From NCBI GenBank assembly GCA_002633005.1, contig NMRA01000064.1:1111536-1169198 (forward strand): a stretch of DNA of 57,663 nt. The letters run 5' to 3'. The notes under the pieces are model-generated. The model did not search any database, was not told where the DNA came from, and saw only the letters and a program-made list of their open reading frames with translations. The stretch is from Phoronis australis (Eukaryota; Animalia; Phoronida). Positions 11,765 through 25,927 of this stretch are shown here, piece after piece. Within the stretch, counting starts at the first letter, position 1, and each line of letters opens with the position of its first letter. The position numbers were made by a program, and so were the translations under genes.

Positions 11765-13799
11765 CAACCATTCAGATCACCAATGGCGCAGTTTTCGACA
11801 ACAGCTCGATTTTTAGGGAGTCATTTTACTGTTCTGTTTATTTCCAAAACTTTATTGTGTTAATTTAATTTATTTTCTGTTCAACTGAATGAAGCCACCT
11901 AATATGAATGCATTCAACACAATTAATGCATTCTAAAAACCAAAAGTTCTGCTCTATCAACGTTAGACAAAATCAGTACACCCTTTCTTAAAAAATGGGT
12001 TAAAAGTTAGAAACAAAGGACGCAAGTTTCCCTCACTTGTTGGGGAGGAACATCAGTCTGGCGACAGCAACACGGAATCATACGAAGGCGATGATTTTCA
12101 AAATTTGATTCGTTTTCGTTGTATGTCTTTTTTCCCTATGATTCAGGGTTACTTCTGAATCCAGGAACAAGAACTGAAAGAGGCAGGGTTAGTGATAACG
12201 TTGGAGAACGGTAACATTTATATAAGGTGTTACAACTGTCATCGATATTGTCATCTCTTCTGTTTTCCTCCAACCTTCCCAGATGAAAACTTGAATGAAG
12301 AGGACCTTCAGTACTTGAGTGAGCATGATATACTGTGTGATTTATGTTGAATTATTCAACGGTTCTTTTAAGAACCATTTCACGCTATACCTACAACCAA
12401 CGGCCCTTTTAAGGGCCACTCAACACTTCCCAGAAGAACTGCTCACTTGAGAATGTTGAATTATTTAAACATGCAAAGGTTAAAATAGTCAAATAGTTGC
12501 AGAGGCACATTTTTTAATTCGAACAAAATTGATATTTTTCTAAACCAAAAACGTTATATAAGTATCTTTTGCATTCACAGGTACTCCTTGGAATTTGTTC
12601 ACAAACATGCTTTCGTAGTTTTCTCAGTTGGCCTATGTGAACCATAAATCACAAACGGTCCGATAACTTTGCTGCTATGCTATTGGGCAAGCAGACGACA
12701 TAATCAGTCGGCACCAAAGTTTGAATTTTGTAATTAATTACCAGTAACATTGCCAAAAGTACTCACGATACCAACACTTCTACTATTTAAAGACTTTGAA
12801 CAGCGTTTCAATGCCGAAATTAATATTTTTTTCGTTGTACTGGACAGTAATGTAGATGCAAATATTTCTCGTCAAAATATACTAACCGGAAACTGTACCA
12901 GAAAGGTCAGGAGTGCGGCGCCTCTTGGCTCGCATGTAAGAAAATGCCGGAGTTGCGAATCTATTGCCTATAATCTGTGGTTTTACTCATAGACATCACA
13001 TAGACCGGGCGCGCGCATCTCATGTACAAGAAGCTCGCGTTGTCAGTATGACGCCTGTGTTACACTGGAGAAAACTCTGGAATCCCTGCGGCATCAGTCA
13101 GGAAATGCGGGATCTCGCAGTGTTATGCCTGCAGCCAAAGAGTTAAATTTTTTTGGTCCTGCCTTTGAGTCATGTTTTTTTTTGTTCGGCCATGGAGTTT
13201 AGAGGTGCTGCCACTAGGATTTTTATGTTCTGCCACTATAGCTTAAGCGGAGCGAGTATGTGTTGTTTCCACGTTCAGTCTTGGTGATTGAGACCGTATC
13301 AGATCAATTAAAAGATAATTATTGACCAGCATATGCTGCTATCCAATGATGATGCTGTTTGTTAATTGTACTTAAGTAAATATTCGGTATCAATGACAAT
13401 CATGTGTATTTTTACTTGTTCTGAAAAATAACATCCCCGAACCTACTAGCTAGCCATCAAATTCAACATCTAACTGAATAATGTGTTCTCTGTTGAAATA
13501 TATACTGCTTTAACAACTTATTTCTTAATAAGTATTCCAAAGACAGATTTCTTCGGTTGTGTTAAAACAAACATATTCCTGCAGAATCTGTACTTATGTT
13601 AAAGTTGACATTGGAAATTGTGTGGATTTGCATTGCTGGCTTACGAGTTCTTTGTTTTGTGAATCAAAACTTGCGCAAAAAAGTAAAGTGCATAGTAACC
13701 AAAATTTTCAAACCTGTAATACTGAATTGCGCATCCGACCTATACCCAAAATATAGAATTTCCCACTCGAAACCGAGTGGAAATATACCATACCGAGCT

Positions 13800-14050
13800 G
13801 GCGTAGCTGCATTAAATAATGATCCCGTGAAAAATGACCTCGCCTACGTTTTTCACAGGGTTTAAATTTAATGTGAAGAATTTTTAGCCCTTGAAAAAAT
13901 GACCTCACGTCCGTGAAAACCCGCCCCGTCGTAGCTGCATTAAATAATGACCCCGGCTAGTTTTCTCACAGGGTCTAAATTTAATGTGAAGAATTTTTAG
14001 CCCATGAAAAAATGACCTCACGTCCGTGAAAATCCGCCCCGTCATTATTC
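13800..14050 (+). repeat. Two ~115-130 bp tandem units; related inverted sequence at about 15600-15720
   Basis: gtagctgcattaaataatga...aaatttaatgtgaagaatttttagccc...gacctcacgtccgtgaaaa occurs twice. Confidence 0.8.
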
Positions 14051-14058
14051 AATGGTTC

Positions 14059-14489
14059 CAGTGTGCCGTATCCAGAATTTTGATTTGGGGGGGAGGGCAA
14101 GGCAGAAGATCACATGCGCGCACCCAGCCTAAAATATAGAGGGGCGCTCGAATTTCGCGGTCATATGGACCTTTTACTGGAACAAGAAGACGAGTACTAA
14201 AAAGGGGATACTAGGTTCAACCCCGTGCATTGTGCATTCGCGACAAATTCCGTTGGACCTTTGTCTCGTTTTCTCGGACTTTTTGTTTCTCTAAGAAGGA
14301 CCTTTTTGCCCACTTGGTCAAATGGGGGGTCTCATTCGAGCCCCCCGAGCACCCCCACCCCCCTTGGGTGATCGCATGTTATTGTATAAGCCAGGATTTT
14401 GCCCGTCAGACTTTCGCACTCCCGAACTGCCAAATGGAATCGGGGAGAACTTAAGGGGGGTCTTGGCCCCCCCTCTAAATCCGCCACTG
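14059..14489 (-). mobile_element. hAT-like MITE (CAGTGGCGGAT terminus), 5 bp TSD GGTTC, with a nested CATGCGCGCACCCA MITE (14112-14378)
   Basis: GGTTC at 14054-14058 and 14490-14494; homologous to 45839-46167. Confidence 0.75.
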
Positions 14490-17400
14490 GGTTCCTCCGC
14501 AACAGAGGGTTGGGATAAGCAGACACGATACCCGCAATTGGCGATCTTTCAACAATGTTCGATACGCGGATATTTCATAGGTCTGGGGGGTCACCTGAGT
14601 AACGCGCGGCAAGGGAAATCTTGGTTTTTCAATATATGCCGCAATTAGGGAGTGAAAGTACTGAACGTCGTGCAAACCAGGAATAAGATGTTGGGAAGCT
14701 GGACTGAAGGGAAAACAATCACAATTGTTCGAACAGTCCTTCGTTCAGTTGCCCAACTTAGCAATTGGCCATTTTTACACTGCTCGTGCCAGGATATAAT
14801 ATCTGACTACTGAACTGCATGAAGACTAATCCAAAACAATTGGCCACATGTTAAGAATCTTCCTATTGCAGCCACGTTTTCTTACTATAAAAGTCGAATT
14901 TGGAACCGTGAGAACTGAGGCCAAGCGTGCGTGGGAGAAGAGTTTCTTTCAAATTTCTAGGCGGCTGAGGGACGCGCAGTACGTATTACCAGATTAATGG
15001 CTCGGGTGGATAGGAACGGTTCGAAATAATGTGTGGGAGCGGTGCTGATCTCTGTGTGAGCACATAATTACACGGTGTGGGGACACTACAAAACGCCGAC
15101 AAGTGCCTGGTGCTTGATCGGGGGTGACTTCAGATCCGTGAGAGAGGAATACCGTGCGTGAAAGAAGAATATTTGTCCGTTGGCAATCCCGAGCGATGCA
15201 CAGGAGAGTCTGTGTTCTTTGCTTTCTTCATTACGGAGTAATTCCGTTTAGTCTAATTTGTTAGGCTGTATAGTACAAGTTGGGTGGATGACCGCTGTAG
15301 CCAATATCTTACACCGACGACTGATTTATTCATTCTGGCGATTACAGTTGAAGGGTAAGCTCTCGTTTGTTCGATAGTTGCTCTAATTTCCAATAAGATC
15401 ATATCTTATTGACTCACTGGGCAGTGGTGTTAAAAATAATTTAAGTTATAAAATGACATTTCTGAATTCCCCATCAAATACTGATCATGCTTAAAGTTTT
15501 TGAATCACCAAAATCGCCCAACTATGCAACCGCTGTACGTCTGGTTAAGTCGCGGAACGGGAGAACGCCCTGATGAACTTTATAAACCTGTCATTTATCA
15601 ATATGACTCCAATGACGTCATTTTTCACAGTAGTTCACATTAAATTTAGACACCCCATTAAATACGACCTGGGTCGTATTTTAATTTTACGTAGTTACCC
15701 GGGGTCATTTTCAATACTGAAAACTAAGGCTTAATGGGGCACAACAAAAGTACGTCCCAAGTGAGCAGCCGTCTCCTGGATATAATGTATTTGCATCGAA
15801 CGACACGAATTAAATAATAAATTTGCGCGATCTTATTGGTTTCTCTTGACAAAAACGAAAAAAATAAAAAGCTCACAGTGGGTAACAGGCGTGCAGCCGC
15901 TCAGACAATTCGAGAATCTGCCACTGGTTGCGATCTTCTATTAGTTTGATATTTTCCCTATCGACTGATTGACACTTAAAAAAACGCATGTAAGTGCGAC
16001 ATCACATGTTTTTTATGTTTCTGGAAAAATCACACTCTTCCGCCTCTTTATTCATTAGTTATCGCGCTTTGAAAAGAGCAATTTACCGCGTTTGCTTACA
16101 CGGCAATTAACCGTGTCAGGTGACTAGTAACACTCCAATATGGTGTCAAGTTGTCTGCTGCAGTAGCGCGTGCGCCCGGTCTGTAGTATTAGTATGTCTA
16201 TGGTTTTACAATAACCACGTCTGGCGGCCAAAAGAAAAAATACAACTTCAATTTCGGTACGGTGCGATTGCACCTCAAGCTGGCCATCGATGAACGTACA
16301 GAAATCACAAAAAACTCTTAATCAATTCACCCTCAGGAAGATAAGCTGATTAAAATACATCCACAGTATTGTCACTCGTACACAGGTAGACGGGAATGGA
16401 CGTTGGGATTAAATCAATTAATGTCTACTCTCAAGTCTCAAAATTTGATTTATTCAAAGCAAATGTGTACATTTCAAACTACAAAGTCACAAAGATCAAA
16501 GCGTATAAGCAATCAAACCTTGTGTCGATGTCTGTGTAATATCGTGCCGAGTTGAAACAAACGAGTACGGACGCGTCATAGATACACAGCAAGTGCTGAC
16601 GTATCCGGCTCACAGAACCAGCTATGTGCGAAGTCACTATAATTAGGTTTGATGTTCATCAGAATTCCTTAATGTCGTCTATCTCTTTTCCCTCTTTACA
16701 TTTAAGTATACAAACGCGTACACGTCAGTTGAATGTCAATATGAGAAAAAATATCATTTCACGACGCAAATTCCTCTGTACGGGGTACATTTGCGATATA
16801 CTACTGAAACCCTATTTTTATGGTGACAGGCACACGGGATCTCAACAATTTAAAGTTTTGACATTGCAATGGCTCCCCTTTGTACGTGTTAGAATTACAC
16901 AGAGGCAGGTGTGACTGAAACATAATGCGAGAACCTTGTCAACTTTTCCAAACACAGTAAGTTATGACTTTGGCACATATTGGCTTTTATACGATCGTTG
17001 TTGCATTTCTGGCACATCGGGACAAATGCGTAGAAAATGTGGCAAAGTGTTATTATTTTCTCTCCTTCACATTCACCATTTTAGAACATAAGATGAGTTT
17101 CGTCAGTCCTGTTTGGGTTTGCCTTATTCTACTCTCATTTAAAAAAATAAATGAGTTGGGTTTCCACGGAAACCTCATTACATATAACGACAGTCAAGGA
17201 CCCAGCAATAAAATACAGATTTCTTTTAAACTAACTTATGAGTGTCCAAAATAGCACTTGATAATGAGTTTATGCCACCATTGCATATTACCAACCTTTT
17301 GACAATATAGCTGATGACATCTCCTGAAAACTTAAGTATAAACAACTGTTACTCGTTTGTTTAACTTACCTATACTTTCATATTCCAAGATGGCTGACGA

Positions 17401-18361
17401 AACTGTTGACTCATGTTTGTATTGGTTTGAATCGGTGAGTGTTTGCAAGCAAAGGCGAGGTTTCATTTCGGTTATATCGTAATGAAAGGACGAATAGGGG
17501 TATGCATCTTTATTAGATAACGAAACTACCTTATCTTCTTAAATCAACCTTAGGTCTGGCGATAAGACTTAGGAACTGCATTAGTCACCAGCATTGTTCA
17601 AATTCTTGAATGTGTGGTTTACGTGGTCGAGCAAGCGAATTTAGTAAAGTCTGTTCTTATGTTTCCAAGAATAAGAAACTAGTAACTGTAAAAAGATAAC
17701 GGATGGAAAATAATTGTCTATACGCAAAATCATGCGAGGGAAAGGTATCAGATCTCACAAGCATGCACCAGCAAAATGCATGGCAGCCACTAGTTTGTGT
17801 GCGATGATAGAAAGTTGGAAGATACGATTTCTTGCAGCGACTGTTAAGTGAATATCATGTGTCCCTATAATGTGCTTACTAGAAAAATCCAAATAATTAT
17901 TTGGACAGTGAGTTTTCTGCGTCCCCAGCAGTCACCAGAAAGTCCCGAGCATGTGAAATTAACAGTGTCGCTATTGTGATCACTAGAAAAACCCAAATAA
18001 TTGGCCGGGCAACAAATTTCTAGCGTCTTTGTTATGCTCACTAGAAGAAACAGCATATTAGACAGCAAATGTTGGGCTCATTAGAAATATCCAGATACTG
18101 AGGCAAAAGTGGGTTCCCAATGTACTCATTAGAAAAATCTGAGTATCTGGCCGGGTAGCAAATTCTCTGTCCTTATTTATGCTCGCTAATAACAATTGAC
18201 AAGGTCGGTCATGTAAACGTTCTTAGCTATCCTATTGCTTTAGTTCTGTTTTGGTTAAATGAACAGCACAGGCAGGGCCCAGACTTTAACGATTTAATGC
18301 AGACTACGGGTAACTCCGACTAAGAAATACGCAAAGGTGACGCATTATTGGTTCCGAACGA

Positions 18362-18432
18362 TCATATATACATCCATATATACATCCATATCATACACAC
18401 ATCCATATATACATCCATGTATACATCCATAT
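18362..18432. repeat. 12 bp tandem repeat (ATATACATCCAT)n
   Basis: About 5-6 degenerate units are directly visible. Confidence 0.85.
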
Positions 18433-19409
18433 CCAAACTTACGTTGATGTTTAGCTTCTTGCCTGAGTTTAGTGTAACGGTCGGTGGTCGATTTTAATGT
18501 ACCTGGCGCTGGCCACGTAACCTTGGCGCAGACTTGTGAAATCCCGCCAAACTCACAAGTAATATACTGGCTCATTTTAATTAACGCACCTCTTTTTCGA
18601 GGTAGCGCTATTTCAAGTCGATTTTGTATTAGTTCCACGATGCTGAAGTCTGAGGACTTTATTCATAATTCCAAGAAGATGAAGTATACCAACATAAGCG
18701 TGTGCGATGTTTTACAGTTAGTTACATTGACCTACTTACCTCATTAAGCAGCAGTTGGAGCTCATGCATAGCCTGCCATTTTCGTAGGTTTAGGCTTGAT
18801 ATAACGGTGTCATAACACCATGGCTTGTTCGTATCAATCTGTCACAGTGGTATGAATGACGTGCTCAACGATGAAATGTGGCTATTCTAATACTCCGTAC
18901 AAAGGGAGACGTATTTAACCTGGAGGTTACCCTTTCAATAGTTCCCTCTATTGTGAAGGTTCATTCTTAGTGTAACTCAGGTATTAACAAAGTATCGATG
19001 TAACCTGTGAAATTCGTTAAATCAGTGAGCTAATTGGTTAAATCATCCATACCACCTTCGTTAGTTATTGGACGAAGTAAACGGTGACGCTGTTGTCACA
19101 TCGAAATAATCGCGAAACAGAATTAAACGAGAATACCACCAAAACATATTTTGTATCACTCGATAACAGCAAGTTCAGTTCTTTTACCTGACACCAGACG
19201 GAGTGGTCACCATTTGAGGTAGCCTGAGAACAGAATGGGGTTGGTCGCACGACCCGGCGGTCGACGTGCAGATAGTCTCGGTCATTCAGTTGCAGCAAGA
19301 GATCTTTGCTTTTGGAATCAGCGAATTCCATTCCATAACTCATCAGTTCTATCACATTCTGCCTTAGATAGAATTTTTTCATGTAGGCAAATTATTGTTC
19401 ATTGAATGG

Positions 19410-19680
19410 CATGAACGCACCCAGGGGGGGGGGGCTCAGGGGGCTCAAACGAGCTCCCCAGGTTGACAAATTGGGCAAAAAGGTCCACCTCAGCGAAACA
19501 AAAATCCAAGTAAACGAGACAAAAATCCAAAAAGCCCACAGGAATTCGGCGCGGATGCACCGTCCGTAGGCCTGAACTTATTGGCCACATTTTTTTCTTA
19601 GTCTTCGTTGATTTTTTTCAGTAAGAGGTCCGCACACCAAAAATTAGAGCCCACCATATTTTAAGCTGGGTGCGCGCATT
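19410..19680. mobile_element. MITE, CATGCGCGCACCCAG TIR family
   Basis: catgaacgcacccagggg at the left end and ctgggtgcgcgcat at the right; internally similar to 14112-14378 and 45388-45633. Confidence 0.75.
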
Positions 19681-22600
19681 TTTGGCATATTTGAAACTCT
19701 TTCTTGTCTTTAATCCATTTGATACCAAACAGGTATAAAGTATCCTGGTTGCCAAAATCTAATGAAACAGGCACTGACATAACATAAAATGAATAACCAA
19801 TTAGTGATTGCATACGTGTAAATGTTACTAATAGTTAATTGAAGAGCATTGGGTACTGGTAGTACATACATAGTAATTTCAATATTTAATTTATTGGGGG
19901 TATTTTGGTGTTGTCTTGTGACTGAAGTCTCCGATCTATTTCTCCTAGTTATGTCTCCACTGTCATGTATGAAACAGTCTCAGTGCATGTTTGAAGTGGA
20001 TGCAGGTCAAATTAAATAAACAAAGACATGCAGGGTACAGACTACTGTACATGGAATTCCAGGAACTATGATGTTGAAGCATGCAATACACAGTCACAGC
20101 CATATGGATCATGACCCATGGTCTGTGAATGACCACTGTGTAACTGACCTGTTTACTTCAATATTGTTAAACAAGTATATGGGGGAAGTATACCTGAACA
20201 TATAACCAAAACAAATTCTGGGAGCAAGAAAACCACTAAAAAGTTGCAAATAAGTGGATTTTTGTTATCATTTTTGAGATCCACACTTGAATTTTTTAGT
20301 TACCTAATGACAGACCTCACATTCAACCATGAAAAAAGAACAATTTATAAAATTGTGACACTAGTGCATTCCTAAGCTGTCAGGTCACTTTGCATAGCTT
20401 CAGTCATATTTTGGGATGCATATAACGTTTTTCTCAACTTGAATTACTTGAAATGTACAGGAAGCCTGTTGGGGGGTGTTTTTTATCCTTATTGTTCATA
20501 ACAAGTATTATTTTACTTTTATTGAGTTCAATGAACAAGTATTTAGCTTACACATTCAAATAAAAGCTATAAATAATGAATAAACAAAAACCGGATTGGC
20601 TTATTTGGGTTAATAATGTCTCACGCATTCTCTGTGCAAATTGTCATTAATAATGTCCTGAAGACGACTAACAAACAAAAAGTATCTCATTTAATGCCAT
20701 TAAAAGAGTGCGACTTCGTGGAAAAAAAATAACCAGCCTTCTGAATTTCTACGGCACTGTAACCCTAAAATCCGATGTTTCACCAAAAAGGAGGTTTTTC
20801 AAAAGTATTTTTGTAGAAAACTAATTTTTACGTTTCTTGAGCTCAGCTGAAGAATATAAAAGGCATTGAAAACTAGATTTTATCAACAAAAGTTTTATGC
20901 ATAATATTTAAAAACAGCAAAGTATATTATCTTACCTCGTTCACTTTTGTTGGTTTGGTAGCAATCGTTTCGTGTTTCGGCTTCCACTGACCGTTTGATG
21001 TTTTGACCGGGCCAACCGGGAATCATCCGACGATTAAGTCACCATTTGGAATTCATACAATAATTCCGTTGGTCCAATGTCCACATTCGTGGACAGCTTA
21101 GCAACTGCAACCAACTTTAGGAAATTCTGCCATTGTTTTGTTTCTTGTCCTACTCACTATTATTCATTTACATGAATGACACAAGTGACCAAACTAAGCC
21201 ATCTTACCCATGCAAATACAGTATCATTACTCAAGTAAAATAGTTCGTAGTATATTATATACCTGTCAAAATATTATGTCTATTGTTACGAAAGTAAAAT
21301 CAAGTTCTAAACAGTGTACGAACGAAAGTAATTTTAAAATGTTTGAAATAAAACACTAGGATATTTACTGACAATTTCTACAACTTTTGTATTCATACAC
21401 CGCCTTCATATCAACTGGTCATTTTGTAAAATCATAAGTATTGGACGTAGAATTTTTTCGATGTTATGTAATACCCTGTTTTTTGTGCTGTTCTTGTTTT
21501 TTCTAACGAAAAGTCTTCAAATAGTTCATAAAAATATTTTATCTAGTGCACAGAATAATAGGCCTGGCAGCTAAAGGCTTGTGGCTAGGTGTCAAGTTCC
21601 AATGTTTACTATTTCCACTACTAGTGACAACAGGGGGTTGGTAAGTTGATACTTTCTAGGTTATAAACAAAACCTGAGTATGAGGGCTATACTCATGTAG
21701 CTGGAGACCAGGCGAGCTTTTCTCATGGCAGGCCTGTGGCTCAACCACTTAGGCCTACTGGAGAAACGTGCGTGTTTCACTCGCGTGATTTTGCATATTA
21801 GTCGCCTTCCTTGATGGAGACGTAACACACCACAGCTCTATCGAAGAGAAAGTGACCCGATTCAGCGAGAGGTTATAAAAAGCGATTTGTACGTGAGATA
21901 TGTATAGTATAACGCGATTTGGGTTCGCAACTATATCAGTGGAAATGCACAGACACATCACGTCATAGCAGCGTACTTACACCCTAGGGACATGTAGCCA
22001 TAGCTGTAGGCCTATATCAATCCAACCACCAGAACACAAAGTCATGGTGTCAGTTTTAACCCTCATACCACTACTTTCAATAGGGGCCCCGCAATGGCTC
22101 GCGGCTCATAAGTACATGTACTTGTCGGGCATTAGTTGCTACATCCCCTCTTGTCCATGCTACCGCACGCCCAGATGTTACAAAGGACTAAATGGTGAGA
22201 CAAATCACGATTCGACAGGGATCTCCCGCTGGGTAACTCATTTTTACAACCGAGCAAGTCCAAATTCTATATTTACTTGCTGGCCCGACAGGCAAATTAG
22301 GCCCTTGACGCACGAAGCCTGTGCCAATTCTCGTGGATTTTGGAGAATTCACCAAAATCCACTCGGGCTCTAGAATACGGGGGATAACGACTGAGAACAT
22401 GTAATAATCTATATGTATTGTTTTTTTGTGAACCATATTCTGACACGTGCGCTAACTGAATCAGTGGGCGTTCACGTACCTGACTTGACAGTTAAAAAAC
22501 TTGGTTTGATGTTTATGGCCACGTGAAGGAGGGATTTTGCAGAGATATGAAAGGTAAAACGTGCAAAAGGTTAGAAGAAAATTAATTTAGAGAAAGAAAT

Positions 22601-24369
22601 GGTTCTGAAAGGATGCAAAACATGCGGTACGCATTCTTCAAGAAAGTGACTCAAAAACTATTTACAACAGACATCGCGCACACGCACTGCAGTGACTGAG
22701 GAAATTGGTTAAGACGCTGGTTTTAAAGTTAAACTCATTTATTAAAGGCCTATGGTCCGAGTTATAGAAGAAAAAAACCTCTTAACGCCGTTTAAGCCGG
22801 TTTTTTGATGTGACATGGAGTTCAAAAAGTTATTAACTTTCAANTGCAGATTCACGATGTTTTTAAAACGTCTACAAACGGATCATATGACTTTAAGTAA
22901 TAAGAACACAATAAGACATTTCAACGAAACTGAGTCCTCAGTGGAATCTACCACGATCCATGTCGCCATCACATGCACAGGCGCTTGAGTGTTCCTTGAT
23001 CACCAATGACGACAGTAAGTCATAACTATGTACTAAGAAAACATGTTTCTTATTTGAGGTTATGAGTCATCGGGAACTTCGAGCGCCATTGACTACAGGA
23101 TCCTGCCATTATTGTTTACCAGCCGCTGTCAGGAGACAAAAGTCAAGAGCATTGCATAAAATAACGTCGCGACAGCTACATGTTGTGTTTCTAAATAATT
23201 TTGCGAAACAATCAGCCTGCAAGTTCCAATTTAAAAATTGTGGGTTCCTGATATTGTGAGAAAAGCAGTGATATTTTGTAGCCAGTAACCTATTCAGTTG
23301 CCCTATATGCTTTATACAGTGCGTATTTGTTCAACTGAACTCGCTGTGTATCTCTGAGGTCAAGTAGCTGACTGCTTCATCATAGACCCCATAGTTTGAC
23401 GTCAATTCATTTCACGTTTCCTTAGTTTTTTGTATCCTGCATTATAACACAGAAATGGTGATTTCAATAAACTAAGTGTTCCATCCACTGTTAGTCGACT
23501 GTCAATTCAACACGCATTTCACATATTTACTCGAAGAGGAGTCTGCCAGTTAAAATGAGAGCCAAGAAGTCTAAGGCCAACCAGAAACTATCTTAACCAC
23601 TGCCACTATAGCCGCATCCACAAAAAATGAACATTCTTTTTGTTCAGTTCCAGAGATGGATAGTTTTGGCAAATGCATAATAAAAACCCACCCTAACGTC
23701 GCGTGAAGTAGTGAGGGATTTTCATGTGACAGGGGCAGTAGTTTACATCGACGACTGAAGTCCGGGTTAGGGGTTCGCTTTCTTTACTGACCTTCGGACC
23801 CTCCTACCCAAGTCACATGTTGCGAACGGGCATCTTTTGTTTGCTTCACCAGGCATTGCAACTACCAAAAGCTCGGTTTCGATTTGCAAAGTTAGGCCAA
23901 ATTTTACCATACTAGATTTTTACCAATAACCTCGTGTCTGTAAGTACATGTACATGTACATATTTGCTGATGGGTCACGTGTCTAGGCCAGATCCACCAC
24001 TTAAAGTTCACATCCTGTTTGGGTACTTCCGGGGTCCTAACTTTCGAACCGTTTCGTGCACAGCTTGCAATTTTTGTAAGAAACGAATGGCAGCAAGATA
24101 TAGAACAGTCTAAAAAATAGGCGACTGGTCAACTAATATTTAGCACTGACACCAGTAAAACTCACCGGCTGCGGCTCAGTTTGCAGTACTCAGGCTGCCG
24201 ACTGACTCTTGGCTGCCGACCCAGCATCGCGGTCAACTGTTAGTGTTAGTCTAAGGCCTTGTCCACAGAACCCCGTTTTCATTTTGAATGTTTAAGTATT
24301 TGATGTTACTGTTCTGGTCAAATTGACCCTATGGAAAAAGCTTTTTACTCGAAGTGGAACATGAAATTA

Positions 24370-24670
24370 GGTATTTTCTTCTCTACTTTTGTGGTAACTC
24401 AAGGTAAGTGTCTATTATTCTATGCTCGAGTAACTAATGACCTCCATGGATAATTTTTTAGCCCTAGTTTGCAGTTGACAAACTCAACATTAAGGCTAAA
24501 AGTTCGAGTTTGAGCTCTAAATTTAGAGTTTTTAATCGAGTTTAGCACGAATATTAGGGTCACCAAGTGCAAACTTGGACTAGAAACTCATATGCGTAAA
24601 CTATAACGTATTCGAGCACAGTCTAATAACTACTTATCTTGAGTTTGCACAAAAGTAGCAGAGAAATTGC
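24370..24670. mobile_element. Degenerate foldback/MITE
   Basis: About 55 bp imperfect inverted arms: ctacttttgtggtaactcaaggtaagt...tgctcgagt and attcgagcac...acttatcttgagtttgcacaaaagtag. Confidence 0.55.
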
Positions 24671-25927
24671 CAAAAATACAAAGATTAGGTTCCAGGCCCA
24701 GGATTTAATTTGCAACTTTTATTATCATTAGGCCTATATAGCAAAGATAAAAGAGTTTTAAAAAATGCAAAATTCCACACAACACCTGCCATAACTACAG
24801 TGTATGGCTATTGTTTAGGCCATATTTTAATCATTTTTGTTATATCATTGCGGTCTGGGCTATTCAAAACCCATAAGGGATAATAAAACAATTATTTTCT
24901 TAGCCAGAAGCATAAACCCATTGTTAAGCTGTGTGTAGTTGCACAATCCAACTGGCCCAGTAGCAGGATTCACAAAGAGCTACAATCACTGACCTTGCAG
25001 ATCAAATTCACAAGGCCTGTTGTGTATGAACAATACCCAGGATTTACAACCATTCCCAAAAGTTTAATCCACTATTCCACTATACCACTATGAATTTAGT
25101 GCAAATCATGTTGATGATTAACACGATTATCTAAAGATGCCCTTTTAACATGACATCAGTTTTTACACAGAACAGAAAATACAAATTGTCATAATTACAG
25201 GCTACACCTGACTGTTTTTAAAAATCCTCAGGAATTTGATTATTTTTCGAGACCTCTGGAAACACGACTAAAAATACTCTGACCCATGTTATCCCAGCAG
25301 ACACATTTTACAGTTTACAATTTTATGGCCAGGTTTCAGATCAACAACTTTAGTAACTTGGGTTAAACCACTTTAACAGTAATCTGAGGTGGTGGCGTGT
25401 TACAACTATTATTAAAATCTCTTGGTAAATTTATACCGACCACTTGCCTATTTACACTGTCACGTCGTTTCAGTCGGTCTATTCTCCGCCCATCGTTAGG
25501 AGTTCCTGCGTTCCTAGAAGAACGAGCACCGATATGTGGTACACTCATCATGGTGTGATTTTTTGTCCAGTAAGTAAGTTAAAAAGTAAGTAATTTTTAT
25601 TACAGTGACGTGTTTTCGTAGATATGGATTAAAGCAATAAATACGTGATAAAAAAGGAACACACAGCTCACCAGAGGGCTTATTAATCACTTAAGATACA
25701 TGAAAAAAGAAGTGTACACGCATTGCAAGAGGACCAAAAAAGAACACAGTGATAAGAATCATCATAATAAAATTTTCCCGTACCTCAAAAATATTTTGAT
25801 GAAAAAATACAGCTTTCCTGATAACATCTTTTTGCATAATTGTGATTAATTTACTTCCACAGCTTTCTGCACGAAATTGTGGATATTTAATCTCAGATTG
25901 AGAGTAAAAGATGTTTCTGGCATCTAA

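Larger units (their letters stand above)
12988..16202. mobile_element. 3.2 kb non-autonomous DNA transposon, P-element-like termini, 8 bp TSD
   Basis: Termini CATAGACAT...AGACCGGGCGC and GCGCCCGGTCT...ATGTCTATG. Flanks GTTTTACT (12980-12987) and GTTTTACA (16203-16210). Confidence 0.75.

Noticed and set aside
11978-12390. Possible CACTA remnant with a SAM-like exon (DENLNEEDLQYLSEHDI)
   Set aside because: Too short and degenerate, and I found no matching second terminus.
25363-25551. 62 aa ORF containing 'DG' as the missing last GT7 exon
   Set aside because: No DGL/Y/VD pattern and no suitable phase-2 acceptor.
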